A DNA stretch of 64,000 bases. It comes from an uncultured Acidobacteriota bacterium (GTDB taxonomy: Bacteria; Acidobacteriota; Thermoanaerobaculia; Multivoradales; DATKCC01). The stretch spans positions 4,001 through 68,000 of the forward strand of contig CAWJLS010000012.1 of the NCBI GenBank assembly GCA_963843755.1, written 5' to 3'. The notes under the pieces are model-generated. The model was not told where the DNA came from. It saw only the letters and a list, made by a program, of their open reading frames with translations, and made no database searches. Below, piece by piece: positions 17,867 through 27,868 of the stretch. The position numbers and the translations under genes are program-made. Each line of letters opens with the position of its first letter. Position 1 is the first letter of the stretch.

Positions 17867-18601
17867 GTGCCCGCCCCAAGAGACAGACCCCCGACCCCGC
17901 ACCGGCTCTCCGCCGCGCGGGTCCGCCTGGGGATTTGCGCGCTGTGGGCCGGCTCCGTGCTGCTCCAGATCGGGTGTAGCGGCGCCCGCTCACCGACCGA
18001 GAACCGCATCATCGAGCGCGGCGTCGCCTCCTGGTACGGCGGCGAGTTCCACGGTCGCTCGACCGCTAGCGGCGAGCGCTACGACATGCACGGCCTGACC
18101 GCCGCGCACAGGACCCTCCCCTTCGGCACCGTCGTCGAGGTCCACGACCTGGACAACGACCGGCGCGTGCAGGTGCGGATCACCGACCGCGGCCCGTTCG
18201 TCCGCGGCCGCATCCTCGACCTCTCCTACGCCGCCGCCAAGCAGCTCGACATGATCGGCCCCGGCACCGCCCACGTGGAGCTCCTGCTGGTCTCCTCCCC
18301 CACCCCGGTCCCCACCGTGACCGCGGTCGCCGAACGCGGGCCGCCGGCCCCGGCCGCCGTCGCGACCGCCGCAGCCTCCTCCGGTCCCTGGACCGTCCAG
18401 GTCGGCGCCTTCGAAGACCCCCAACGCGCCGCCGACCTCCGCGATCTCCTCTCCCGCCACTACCCCGACACCGTCATCCGCACCGCCGGCGCCTGGCACC
18501 GCGTCCAGATCGGCACGTTCAAGAAGCGCAAGAAGGCCGACGCCTTCCGCCGCGAGCTTCAGGAGTTGGGGTGGGATGCGGTGGTGGTGGCGGTGCCCTG
18601 A
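17867..18601 (+). CDS. rlpA: Septal ring lytic transglycosylase RlpA (DPBB + SPOR)
   Basis: GVASWYG..FHGR.TASGE, TAAHRTLPFG, DRGPFV, DLSYAAA; C-terminal SPOR domain (VQVGAF); lipobox-like QIGC. Confidence 0.92.
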   Translation: MPAPRDRPPTPHRLSAARVRLGICALWAGSVLLQIGCSGARSPTENRIIERGVASWYGGEFHGRSTASGERYDMHGLTAAHRTLPFGTVVEVHDLDNDRRVQVRITDRGPFVRGRILDLSYAAAKQLDMIGPGTAHVELLLVSSPTPVPTVTAVAERGPPAPAAVATAAASSGPWTVQVGAFEDPQRAADLRDLLSRHYPDTVIRTAGAWHRVQIGTFKKRKKADAFRRELQELGWDAVVVAVP

Positions 18602-18606
18602 CGGCC

Positions 18607-19734
18607 CTACCGATCGCGCCGTTCGAGCTCGGCGATCCAGTCGCGGATGCCTTCGTCCAGCCGGCGGCGCTTGCGGTGCCGGGCGAAGGCGATCTCGACC
18701 AGGCGGCCGACCAGCGCGCCCAGCGGCACACCCGACAGGGCCCAGAGCCGCGGGTACATGGAGATGCTGGTGAAGCCGGGGAGGGTGTTGATCTCGTTGA
18801 CGAAGAGCTCGCCGGCCTCTCCGCCCGACCCCGACTCGAGGAGGAAGTCGACCCGCGCCAGGCCTTCACCGCCGATCGCCGCGAAGGCACCGACCGCCGT
18901 CTCTTGCAGGCGCTCCGTCACCCCTTCGGGCAGCTCCGCCGGCGCGATGAGCTGCGCCCCGTCGGTGAGGTACTTGTCCTCGTAGTCGTAGAAGTCCTTG
19001 CCCGGGACGATCTCGCCGACCGCGGACGCCCGGAGCCTTTCGCCCTCCTCCCCGATCGCCTCTGGACCGAGCACAGCGACCTCCAGCTCCCGGCCGGTGA
19101 CGCCCCGCTCGATCAGCACGCCGTCGTCGAACCGGAGGGCGAAGCGCACCGCCTCCTCGACCGCGTCACGGGTCGTCACCTTGCGCACGCCGACGCTCGA
19201 GCCGCCGGACCGCGGCTTGACGAACAGCGGCGGGTCGAAGCGCTCGAGGCGGGAGAGGAAGGCGGCAGGATCGGCCTCGAACGCCCCGCCGCCGATCGTC
19301 TCGTACGGCACCACCGGGATACCCACGGCCTCGAGCTGGCGCTTGGTCAGGACTTTGTCCATGGCGACGGCGCTCGCCATCACCCCCGCTCCCACGTAGG
19401 GCAGATCGGCCATCTCGAACAGCCCCTGGAGGGTGCCGTCCTCGCCCCAGGTGCCGTGGACGATCGGGAAGACGCCGTCGACCCGGGCGTCGAGCAGCCG
19501 CGCCAGGCTCGGCGCCACCGCCCCGCCATCGGCGGGGGCGGGCAGCCGGTCGAGGCCGCCGGCGAGCGCCGCCTCCGACGGCTCCCGATCGGCCCACACA
19601 CCGTCCGGACCGATCCCCAGGGCGACCACCTCGTGCCCCGCCTCGCCCAGCCCTTTCGCCACCGTGCGGGCCGAGGAGACCGACACCTCGTGCTCCACGG
19701 AGCGGCCGCCGAAGACCAGTCCGATCCGCGCCAT
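18607..19734 (-). CDS. ddl: D-alanine--D-alanine ligase
   Basis: GGRSVEHEVS, HGTWGEDG, FYDYEDKY, NEINTLPGFT. The ATG at 19734 overlaps the serA stop. Confidence 0.95.
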   Translation of the reverse strand: MARIGLVFGGRSVEHEVSVSSARTVAKGLGEAGHEVVALGIGPDGVWADREPSEAALAGGLDRLPAPADGGAVAPSLARLLDARVDGVFPIVHGTWGEDGTLQGLFEMADLPYVGAGVMASAVAMDKVLTKRQLEAVGIPVVPYETIGGGAFEADPAAFLSRLERFDPPLFVKPRSGGSSVGVRKVTTRDAVEEAVRFALRFDDGVLIERGVTGRELEVAVLGPEAIGEEGERLRASAVGEIVPGKDFYDYEDKYLTDGAQLIAPAELPEGVTERLQETAVGAFAAIGGEGLARVDFLLESGSGGEAGELFVNEINTLPGFTSISMYPRLWALSGVPLGALVGRLVEIAFARHRKRRRLDEGIRDWIAELERRDR

Positions 19735-21314
19735 CAATCCATCTCCACCACGCGCGTCCAGGAGACCTCGTCGAGGGCGAGCAGCGCCGCCAGGGTCTCG
19801 TCCGACGGCGGCCCGTCGAGCCGGAGCACGGCCAGCGCCTGGTCCTGGGAGCCGATGACGGCACGCGCCAGGTGGATGTCGCCGATGTTGACTCCGGCCC
19901 GGCCGAGCAGGGTGCCGATCTTGCCCACCACCCCGGGTACGTCGAGGTTGCGCAGGATGAGCAGCGTGCCCTCCGGCCGGAACTCGAGCTGGTAGCCCTC
20001 GATCGCCACCACCCGCGGCTCGCGCTCGCCGAACAGGGTGCCGGTGAGCGAGATGCTCTTCTCGGAGCTCTCCAGGGTGACGCCGACCAGGTGGGGGTAG
20101 TCCGCCGTGCTCGAGTGGGTCGCCCGGACCATCTCGACCCCACGGGAGGCCGCCACCCGTTCGGCGTTGACGTAGTTGACGCCCTCGCCGAGGAACGGCT
20201 CCAGCAGCCCCTTGAGCACCGCCACCGAGACCGGCACCCGGAGCGATTCTTCGATCCCCCAGAGGTCGACCTGGAGCGACTCCGCCGGCCCGGACATCAG
20301 GCCGCTCGCCAGGCGCCCGAGCTGCTCGCCCAGGTGGAGATAGGGCTCGCCGCGGCTGCCCGTGGTCGGGAACGGCAGGTTGACCGCGGTGACCGACAGC
20401 GACCCTTCGAGGGCCGCCAGCACCATGCGGCTGGTCTCGACCGCGATCCGCTTCTGGGCCTCCCGCGTCTGGGCTCCGATGTGGGGCGTCGCCACCACCC
20501 GCGGATGGCGGACGAGCGCCAGGTCGCTCGGCGGCTCCTCGCCGAAGACGTCGAGCGCCGCGCCGGCCACCCGCCCCGACTCGAGCGCCGCGAGCAGCGC
20601 CTTCTCGTCGAGCAGCCCGCCGCGGGCGCAGTTGACCAGCAGGGCGCCTTCCTTGATCCGGCCGATGCGCTCGGCCGAAAGCATGCCGCGCGTCGTGTCG
20701 GTCAGCGGCGTGTGGAAGGTGAGGACGTCGGCCCGCGCCAGCAGGTCGTCGAGCTCCAGCATCTCGACGTCCAGCCGCACCGCCACCGCCGGGTCGAGGA
20801 ACGGATCGTGGGCGACCACCTCCATGCCGAAGCCGCGGGCCCGCTCGGCCACCTTCTGGCCGATCCGGCCGAAGCCGATGACCCCCATCGTCTTCGACTG
20901 GAGCTCGGTGCCGACGAAGCGCTTGCGGTCCCACTCGCCCGATTTGATCGAGGCGTCGGCGGCCGGGACGTTGCGCGCCAGGGAGAGCAGCAGGGCGAAG
21001 GTGTGCTCGGTGGCCGAGACCAGGTTCGCGGTCGGCGCGTTGACCACCAGGATGCCCTGCTCGGTGGCGGCGGCGACGTCGATGTTGTCGACGCCGATGC
21101 CCGCGCGGCCGACCACTTTGAGGTTCTTGCCCGCGGCCAGTACCTCGCGGGTCACCTTGGTCATGCTGCGGACGACCAGGGCGTCGTAGTCCCCCAGGAT
21201 CTCGAGCAGGCGGGGGCGCTCGTCTTCGCCCAAAACCGTCACCTCGGCGCCGCTCTCCCGGAGGATTTCGATGCCTGAGGCCTGCAGCGGATCGGAGATC
21301 AGAATCTTGCTCAT
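19734..21314 (-). CDS. serA: D-3-phosphoglycerate dehydrogenase (type I, ASB + ACT)
   Basis: GRAGIGVDNID, GFGRIG, NCARGG, TPHIGA; C-terminal ACT domain. Confidence 0.95.
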   Translation of the reverse strand: MSKILISDPLQASGIEILRESGAEVTVLGEDERPRLLEILGDYDALVVRSMTKVTREVLAAGKNLKVVGRAGIGVDNIDVAAATEQGILVVNAPTANLVSATEHTFALLLSLARNVPAADASIKSGEWDRKRFVGTELQSKTMGVIGFGRIGQKVAERARGFGMEVVAHDPFLDPAVAVRLDVEMLELDDLLARADVLTFHTPLTDTTRGMLSAERIGRIKEGALLVNCARGGLLDEKALLAALESGRVAGAALDVFGEEPPSDLALVRHPRVVATPHIGAQTREAQKRIAVETSRMVLAALEGSLSVTAVNLPFPTTGSRGEPYLHLGEQLGRLASGLMSGPAESLQVDLWGIEESLRVPVSVAVLKGLLEPFLGEGVNYVNAERVAASRGVEMVRATHSSTADYPHLVGVTLESSEKSISLTGTLFGEREPRVVAIEGYQLEFRPEGTLLILRNLDVPGVVGKIGTLLGRAGVNIGDIHLARAVIGSQDQALAVLRLDGPPSDETLAALLALDEVSWTRVVEMD

Positions 21315-22429
21315 GACAGGTCTCCCTCGTCGAGTGTCTCGTCCACGACGGCCAGGAGCTCGTCCAGGTCCTCGGCGCGGACCTCGCCCATGTGGCCGAT
21401 GCGAAACGTGGTCGGTTTCCAGGCGCCGTACCCGCCGGCGACGGTGTAGCCCTTCTCCGCCAGGCGCCGGACCAGGGCCGGCGCGGCGACGCCCTCGGGC
21501 GGGCGCAGACAGGTGATGGTCGGCGAGCGTGCCGCGGCCTCGGCCGCGAACGCCACGCCGCGCGCGCCTCCCGGCCCCTCCACCCAGGCGGCGAGGCGCT
21601 CCCGAAGCTGCTCGTGGCGCCGCCAGCGCGCCTCGATCCCCTCCTCGGCGATCCGCTCGAGCTGGTGGCCGAGCGCCCAGATCACCGGGATCGCCGGCGT
21701 GGTGATGGTGCCGTCCTTGCGGTGGCGTTCCAGGTAGCGCACCAGGTCGGTGTAGAAGCCCCGGTTCTCGACCGCCGCGGCCCGCTCTTCCGCCCGCGCC
21801 GAGGCGGCGAACGGGACGATCCCCGGCGGCGCGGCGAGCGCCTTCTGGCTGCCGGTGAGCACCAGGTCGAGACCCCAGGCGTCGGTCTCGACCGGCGCGC
21901 CGGCGAGCGAGGAGACCGCGTCGACCAGCACCAGGGCGTCGCTGTGCTCACGCACCGCCCGGGAGATCTCCTCCAGCGGGTTGATGACCCCGGTGGAGGT
22001 CTCGTTGTGGACCACGGTGACCGCCTCGTAGCGCTTGCGCGCGAGCGCCCGGCGCACCAGGTCGGGGTCGATGGCCCGCCCCCATGGGACGTCGAGGCGG
22101 TCGGCCGAGCGGCCGAGGGAGCGGCTGATCTTGTACCAGCGCTCGGAGAAGGCGCCGCTGACCAGGTGGAGCACGTCGCGGCCGACGCACGAGCCGATCG
22201 CGATCTCCATCACCAGGGTGGCGCTGCCGGTGGCGAGCGGCACCGGACGCTCGGTGCGGAAGACCTCCGCCAGGCGTCCGGTCAGCCGGTCGTAGACCGC
22301 CCGGAAGGCGGCCGAGCGGTGGCTGACGATCGGTGCCGTCATCGCCTGGCGCACGGCCTCGGTGACGTAGACCGGCCCCGGCAGGAAGTGGCGGATCGGC
22401 TCCGGGCGGGCGGTGGTGGCTGGTGTCAT
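21311..22429 (-). CDS. PLP-dependent class V aminotransferase (AGT/SerC-substitute family)
   Basis: LPGPV, HNETSTG, VDAVSS, TGSQKAL, FRIGHMG. Translationally coupled to serA. Confidence 0.9.
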   Translation of the reverse strand: MTPATTARPEPIRHFLPGPVYVTEAVRQAMTAPIVSHRSAAFRAVYDRLTGRLAEVFRTERPVPLATGSATLVMEIAIGSCVGRDVLHLVSGAFSERWYKISRSLGRSADRLDVPWGRAIDPDLVRRALARKRYEAVTVVHNETSTGVINPLEEISRAVREHSDALVLVDAVSSLAGAPVETDAWGLDLVLTGSQKALAAPPGIVPFAASARAEERAAAVENRGFYTDLVRYLERHRKDGTITTPAIPVIWALGHQLERIAEEGIEARWRRHEQLRERLAAWVEGPGGARGVAFAAEAAARSPTITCLRPPEGVAAPALVRRLAEKGYTVAGGYGAWKPTTFRIGHMGEVRAEDLDELLAVVDETLDEGDLS

Positions 22430-22586
22430 GGTCAGTCGACTCGTGATTGCCGCAGAGCGGCATTGTGGCAGGGAGCACCCGCCGGGTCAATCGCCCGGAC
22501 GCCCCCCCTTTCGGGCGAGCTCCGATGCCCCCCGGCGGCTCCGTGCGCCGGCTCCGCGACGCGCGCAACGCGCCCGGCCAGAGGCT

Positions 22587-23114
22587 TCAGGAGCAGGCGG
22601 TCCAGGGACGCGGGCGGCGCAGGCGGGCGATCAGCTCGGGCGCGGTCAGGGCGAGGGCGGGACCGTCCGGCGGGACGACCCGCCAGCCGAACCGGCTCCC
22701 GTCGTCCCCGGCGACCGGCTCGAGCCACGGCAGATCCGCCGCCTCGTCGAGCGGAGCGCTCGGCGCCGGCTTCGGCGTGGCGTCCGGGGGAACACGAACC
22801 AGGACCGCGGCGCAGCCGAGGAAGTACTCCCGGAGCAGGTCGCGCAGCGTCGGTGGACCGGTGGTCCGCTTGACCGCCACCGCCCGGCCTCCCGAGACGA
22901 CGACCGCCCGGAGCGCGCCCGCCGCGGCGGCCTGATCGAGACCGGCGACGCTCTCTGGCAGATCGGGAGACCCAGACGGCCCGAGGTCAGAAGCCGGCCC
23001 ACCGGCGGCCAGGTCGAGCCAGCCGATCCGGAGCCCCGCGGCCCGTCCCTGGGCGAGCACCTCGGCGACGGCCGCAGCCTCGACGGTGGTGCGGAGTCGA
23101 TGAATGCGCTTCAC
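22587..23114 (-). CDS. Hypothetical protein, weak MobB-like resemblance
   Basis: 175-aa ORF coupled to the NamZ stop; AAGA..AVVV....AV.VKR...P.LRDLLREYFLG segment. Confidence 0.5.
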   Translation of the reverse strand: MKRIHRLRTTVEAAAVAEVLAQGRAAGLRIGWLDLAAGGPASDLGPSGSPDLPESVAGLDQAAAAGALRAVVVSGGRAVAVKRTTGPPTLRDLLREYFLGCAAVLVRVPPDATPKPAPSAPLDEAADLPWLEPVAGDDGSRFGWRVVPPDGPALALTAPELIARLRRPRPWTACS

Positions 23115-24580
23115 CGGACACCTCCGACCGTCGTCACGGCCCCGTCTCCCCCACCAACCGAGCCTGCCGGAGCGTCCCCACCCTCCGGTCCGGGCCCCGG
23201 TCCGCTATCGGGCCTGCTTTCCGGCCGGCTTTCCGGACGGCACTCGGATGGCGGCTCCGGATAGAGCAGGGCCGGCCGGCGGAGCGCCCGGAACGCCGTC
23301 TCGTCGGCCGCCCAGGTGGCGAGCCACCGGTCGAGCGCCCGGGCAACCTCGTCTCGGCCGGTCAGGTCAGCCGGGTCGGCCGGATCAGCCGGATCGACCG
23401 GGGAGGGGTCCGCCTCGAGCGCCAAGCGGAGCGCGTCGGTCCCGGCCAGCAGGTCGATCGCCGGCCGGTCGTGGACGAACTCGTACGGCTCGGCGCGCCA
23501 GGCGAACGCGTCCGGCGCCACCTCCGCCAGGGCGGCCAGCAGGACGACCCCGGCGCGGTAGGAGCGGAACCGCGCGGCGTCGGTGACCACCAGCTCGACG
23601 CCGCCGCAGCGGGCGCCGGCGTGCTTCTGGAACTGGGGCCGGAAGTAGGTGGGGATCGCGGCGAGCCCTCCATCGTGCCCGAGCCGCTCGCCGAGCGCCC
23701 GCGCCAGGGCCGGCGGATCGACTCCCGGCGCCCCGATCAGGTGGAATGGGCGGGTCGTACCCCGCCCTTCGGAGATCTGGGTCGCCTCGATCAGGCAGCC
23801 GCCGGGGTAGAGGCGGGCGGTGGCGGCGGTCGGCATGTTGGGCGACGGGGCGATCCAGGGCCGGCCGGTCGCCTCCCACTCCATCTCCCGCGACCAGCCG
23901 TCCATCCGCCAGACCGTCAGCCCGCCGGGGGCCGCCTGAGCCCCGACCTGACCAGGGGCCTGCGCGCCGGCGGGCTCCGGGCGCCCGAGCTCCAGCCGGA
24001 CCAGCTCTCCGAGGGTCAGGCCGTGGCGCACCGGGAGATGGAACGCGCCGACGAACGACTCGTAGCCCGGCGTCGGGAGGTTGCCTTCGACGACGGTGCC
24101 GCCGAGGGGGTTCGGGCGGTCGAGCACCCAGACTTCGGTGCCGGCGGCCAGCGCCGCGCGGGCGGCCCAGACCACCGACGCGGCGTAGGTGTAGTAGCGC
24201 GCCCCCACGTCCTGGAGATCGATCACCAGCAGATCGACCCCTTCGAACACCTCCGGGTCGGGCCGGAGCGACCCCTCGGAGTCGCCGTAGAGCGAGACGA
24301 TGCGCGCTCCGGTCCACGGGTCGCGCCCCGGCGCCGCCGGCACCATGTCCTGCTCGACGCCGTAGTAGCCGTGCTCGGGGCCGAGCAGCAGATCCGGTGC
24401 GCCGGCAGGCGACGCCGCCAGCGCCAGGTGGGCGGGGACCAGGTCGGCGGTCACCGAGGCGTGGTGCGCCAGGAGCGCGTAGCGGCCCGGCAGGCGGCCG
24501 CCCCCGGCCAGGTGGCAGAGCAGGCGGTCCAGGCCGGTCGCCAAGGCGGTGCCGGGGGTGGTCGTCGCGCCGGCGTTCAC
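23111..24580 (-). CDS. Exo-beta-N-acetylmuramidase NamZ (DUF1343) family
   Basis: GPEHG, SLYG, DLQDVGARYYTY, LDRPNP, PVRHGLTLGEL, PSPNMPT, SEGRGTTRPF. Confidence 0.92.
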   Translation of the reverse strand: MNAGATTTPGTALATGLDRLLCHLAGGGRLPGRYALLAHHASVTADLVPAHLALAASPAGAPDLLLGPEHGYYGVEQDMVPAAPGRDPWTGARIVSLYGDSEGSLRPDPEVFEGVDLLVIDLQDVGARYYTYAASVVWAARAALAAGTEVWVLDRPNPLGGTVVEGNLPTPGYESFVGAFHLPVRHGLTLGELVRLELGRPEPAGAQAPGQVGAQAAPGGLTVWRMDGWSREMEWEATGRPWIAPSPNMPTAATARLYPGGCLIEATQISEGRGTTRPFHLIGAPGVDPPALARALGERLGHDGGLAAIPTYFRPQFQKHAGARCGGVELVVTDAARFRSYRAGVVLLAALAEVAPDAFAWRAEPYEFVHDRPAIDLLAGTDALRLALEADPSPVDPADPADPADLTGRDEVARALDRWLATWAADETAFRALRRPALLYPEPPSECRPESRPESRPDSGPGPGPEGGDAPAGSVGGGDGAVTTVGGVR

Positions 24581-25107
24581 GGAGCCTCGGTCTTCGGGTC
24601 GCCGCCGGCACCGCGCCGGTAGTCGCCACGGGCGCCGCCGCTCTTGGCCTCGAGGCGTAGGTCGGTGATCACCGCGCCCCGCTCGACCGCCTTGACCATG
24701 TCGTAGAGCGCCAGCGCCGCCGTCGAGCAGGCGACCAGGGCCTCCATCTCGGCACCCGTCCGGGCCGTGGTCACGACCCGGCTGCGGATCGTCACGCCCG
24801 TCTCCTGGGGCTCGATCTCGACGTCGACCTGGTCGAGCGGCAGCGGGTGGGCGAGGGGGATGAGCTCGCCGGTGCGCTTGGCGCCGCCGATGCCGGCCAG
24901 GCGGGCGACGGCGACCGCGTCCCCTTTGGGCAGGGAGCCCAGGCGCTCCACCGTCTCGGCGGAGAGCAGCACCCGGCAGGAGGCCTCGGCGACGCGGCGG
25001 GTGACCGGCTTGCCGGAGACGTCGACCATGCGCGCCGCGCCACGGGCGTCCAGGTGGCTGAACCCGGTGTCCCGGTCCGGTCCGGTCTCGTCCGTCGGGG
25101 AGCTCAT
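24577..25107 (-). CDS. moaC: Cyclic pyranopterin monophosphate synthase
   Basis: SHLD...A.MVDVS.K, PKGD, AKRT..LIPL.H, TGAEMEAL, LYDMVKA, KSGG. Confidence 0.95.
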   Translation of the reverse strand: MSSPTDETGPDRDTGFSHLDARGAARMVDVSGKPVTRRVAEASCRVLLSAETVERLGSLPKGDAVAVARLAGIGGAKRTGELIPLAHPLPLDQVDVEIEPQETGVTIRSRVVTTARTGAEMEALVACSTAALALYDMVKAVERGAVITDLRLEAKSGGARGDYRRGAGGDPKTEAP

Positions 25108-25235
25108 GGAGGGTTCGTCTCGTTCAGGGGTGTCTGCAGATGGGCAGATGGGCAGATGGGCTGAGATGCCAAGAGGTCGAGCAGCCGGCGGGCCGAGCGG
25201 CCGGAAACGGGCGCCATGCTAGCATCCGCGGCGCT

Positions 25236-25916
25236 TTGCAGCCGCCCTCCGTCGCCATCCTGATCCCCGCGCTCGACGAGGAAGCCAACCTCGCCCGCCT
25301 GCTGCCGGCGGTCCTGCCGATCGCGGACCAGGTGGTGGTGTCCGACGGCGGCAGCCGCGACGGCACCATCGAGGTGGCGGAGTCGTTCGGCGTGCCGGTG
25401 GTCCACGGGGCGCCGGGCCGCGGCGGCCAGCTCAACCGGGCCGCGGCCGCCAGCGACACCGACGTGCTGCTCTTCCTCCACGCCGACACCCTGCTGCCCG
25501 ACGACGCGGTCGAACGGGTCCGCCGGGCGATCGCCGGCGGCGCGGTCGGCGGCGGCTTCCTCGCCCACTTCGCCTCGCCACGGCCGATCATGGAGCTCGG
25601 CTCCCGGCTGGTCGACCTCCGGACCCGCCTCCTCCGGACGCCCCTGGGCGACCAGGCCCAGTTCATCACCCGCGACGCGTTCCTCGCCCTCGGCGGTTTC
25701 CGCGACTGGCCGATCCTCGAAGACCTCGACCTCATGCGCCGGCTCAAGCGGATCGGCCGGATCGAGATCGTTCCCGAGCCCGTCCGGACCTCGGCGAGGC
25801 GCTACGAGCGGGGAGGAATCGTCCGCACCGTGACCATCAACTGGCTGCTCTGGGCGCTCTACTTCCTCGGCGTCTCCCCCCGCCGCCTCGGGCGCCTCTA
25901 TCGAAATATCAGGTAA
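25236..25916 (+). CDS. GT2 glycosyltransferase (TIGR04283-like)
   Basis: IPALDEE, DGGSRDGT, GRGGQLN, FLHADT, GDQAQF, EDL, TSARR. Start uncertain (TTG 25236 chosen; the ORF is open from 25140). Confidence 0.85.
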   Translation: MQPPSVAILIPALDEEANLARLLPAVLPIADQVVVSDGGSRDGTIEVAESFGVPVVHGAPGRGGQLNRAAAASDTDVLLFLHADTLLPDDAVERVRRAIAGGAVGGGFLAHFASPRPIMELGSRLVDLRTRLLRTPLGDQAQFITRDAFLALGGFRDWPILEDLDLMRRLKRIGRIEIVPEPVRTSARRYERGGIVRTVTINWLLWALYFLGVSPRRLGRLYRNIR

Positions 25917-25956
25917 CCGCCCTCGCCGCCGAGCACGCCCGACGCTCGAATCGATC

Positions 25957-26003
25957 AAGAAAAGCAGGAAGCCCCGCGCCGGGACGTCCGGTCGCGGGGC
26001 TTC
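25957..26003 (-). terminator. Rho-independent terminator of the HU gene
   Basis: GAAGCCCCGCG/CGCGGGGCTTC stem followed on the minus strand by CTGCTTTTCTT. Confidence 0.65.
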
Positions 26004-26050
26004 GAAGATGGCCTCCCGCGGGCGCGGGAGAGCCCGAACGTCGAGGCGTC

Positions 26051-26332
26051 TCAGCCGTTGACGGAGTCCTTGAGGCCCTTGCTCGGCTTGAACTTCGCGT
26101 TCTTCGAGGCCGGGATCTGAATCTCCTCGCCGGTGGCCGGATTGCGACCTGTGCGCGCCGCGCGCTCGCTGACCGAGAAGCTGCCGAAGCCCGGGATCTG
26201 GACCCGGTCGCCCTGCACCAGGAAGTCGGTGATCGCGTCGAACACGGTGTCGAACGCCTCCGCAGCCTGGCGCTTGGTCAGTCCCTCGACGTCTCTCGCT
26301 ACGGCATCCACGATGTCGTTCTTACCAGCCAT
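26051..26332 (-). CDS. hup: HU DNA-binding protein
   Basis: VQIPGFGSF, R.GRNPATGEEI.IPA, KFKPSK. Confidence 0.95.
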   Translation of the reverse strand: MAGKNDIVDAVARDVEGLTKRQAAEAFDTVFDAITDFLVQGDRVQIPGFGSFSVSERAARTGRNPATGEEIQIPASKNAKFKPSKGLKDSVNG

Positions 26333-26464
26333 ACTCTCTCCTCCTTCGTCGCGTTCGAAACTTTAGTGTTTGGAAACCGGGGGACACGATACGGCAACGT
26401 CAGAAGCCTGTCAACACTGGTTCCCCGCGGGCTCAGCCCCCCGGAGGCCCGGTCTTCTCGAGGC

Positions 26465-27860
26465 CTATCCGCCCGGCGCGCTCGCGCGCCGGAGCACGTG
26501 GATCGAAAACCCGTCGTGATCCCCCGCGGGAAAGATTCGTACGAATCCCTTGCCACGGATCTGTCCATGGAGCGGCCGCTCCAGGAGATCGTCGAGAAGC
26601 AGCGGCTCGAAGTCCGGCCGCTCGGCCAGCAGCTCCGCCACCACCGCCTCGTTCTCCTCCTGTTCCAGGGAACAGGTGATCGCCACCAACAGGCCGCCGG
26701 GAGCGACCAGGGGCACGGCCCCGCGGAGCATGCGCAAGGCGGTCCGGGAGAGCCGGCCGATCTCGTCGCGGCTGATCCGCCACTTGAGCTCCGGATGCTT
26801 GCGGAAGGTGCCGGTGCCGGTACAGGGCAGGTCGAGCACGACCCGGTCGAACGGGGTCGCCCAGGGCGGCGCGCCGACGTCGGCCACCACCACCGGCAGG
26901 CGGCGCCGGAGCCGGCGCAGGTTGGCGCGCAGCAGCGCCATCCGCCGGGGGTCGGCATCGGCCAGGAGCGGCCGGACCGAGGGCTCTCTGGCGAGCAGGG
27001 AGAAGGTCTTGCCCCCCGGAGCGGCGGCCGCGTCCAGGATCCGCTCGCCGGGTCGCGGCGGCGGGATCAGGGCCGCCGCCTGGCTGGCCTCGTCCTGGAC
27101 GTAGAGGTCGCCGCGCCGGAACGCCTCGGTGGCGAGCGGATCGCCCGCGCGCACCACCAGCCCGAGCGGTGAGAGCAGGGCCGGCTCCACCTCCAGGCCG
27201 TCGTCGATCAGCGACTCGGCCAGCAGCTCGCGGCCGCCCCGGTCGCCGAACGCCAGCAGGTGCATCGGCTTCGGCTGATTGTTGGCCTCGAACAGGGCCA
27301 CGGTGCGGTCGTGCCCGAAGCGCTCCAGCCACCGCTCGACCAGGAAGTCCGGGTGACTGTGCTCGATCGCCAGGCGCCGCACCGGGTCCTGCTCCCGCAC
27401 CGGCCAGTCCGCGATGCGCGGCGCGCGCGCGATCCGCCGCAGCACCGCGTTGACGAAGCTGGCGCCGCCCCGGTGGGTCAGGCGCCGGCTGTGCTCCACC
27501 GCCTCGTTGACCGCGGCGTGGGCCGGAATCCGGTCGAGGAAGAGGATCTGGTAGGCGGCGACCCGCAACGGCGAGCGCAGCGCCGGGTCGATGTCGTCGA
27601 GCTTGCGGTGGCTGGCGGAGGCGATGACGTCGTCGAGCCGGCGCAGCCAGCGCAGGGTCCCCAGCACCAGGGTCACCAGCAGACCCCGGTCGCGCGGGAT
27701 CGAGGCGCTCGAGGGGGCCTGCGAGGAAGGTCTCGGCGGGGGCGAGCGACGCCAGGGTGCGCTCGACCACCCAGACGGCGGAGGCGCGCACGCTGTCGTG
27801 GCTCTTCTGGACGCGCTTGCCCGGCGTCGGTCCGTGCTGCGGGCGGCGTGGCTTGCTCAT
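26465..27860 (-). CDS. rsmB: 16S rRNA m5C967 methyltransferase RsmB/Sun (NusB + MTase); one apparent frameshift near 27697
   Basis: QDEASQ, LDAAAAPGGKT, DLPCTGTG, TCSLE.EENE. The N-terminus MSKPRR..ERLDP joins RDRGLLVTLVLG only after one base is removed. Confidence 0.88.
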
Positions 27861-27868
27861 GGATCGGG

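Noticed and set aside
25236-25916. Arsenosugar or selenosugar biosynthesis cluster implied by the TIGR04283-like glycosyltransferase
   Set aside because: None of the partner genes (radical SAM, methyltransferase, DUF2064) is in the window
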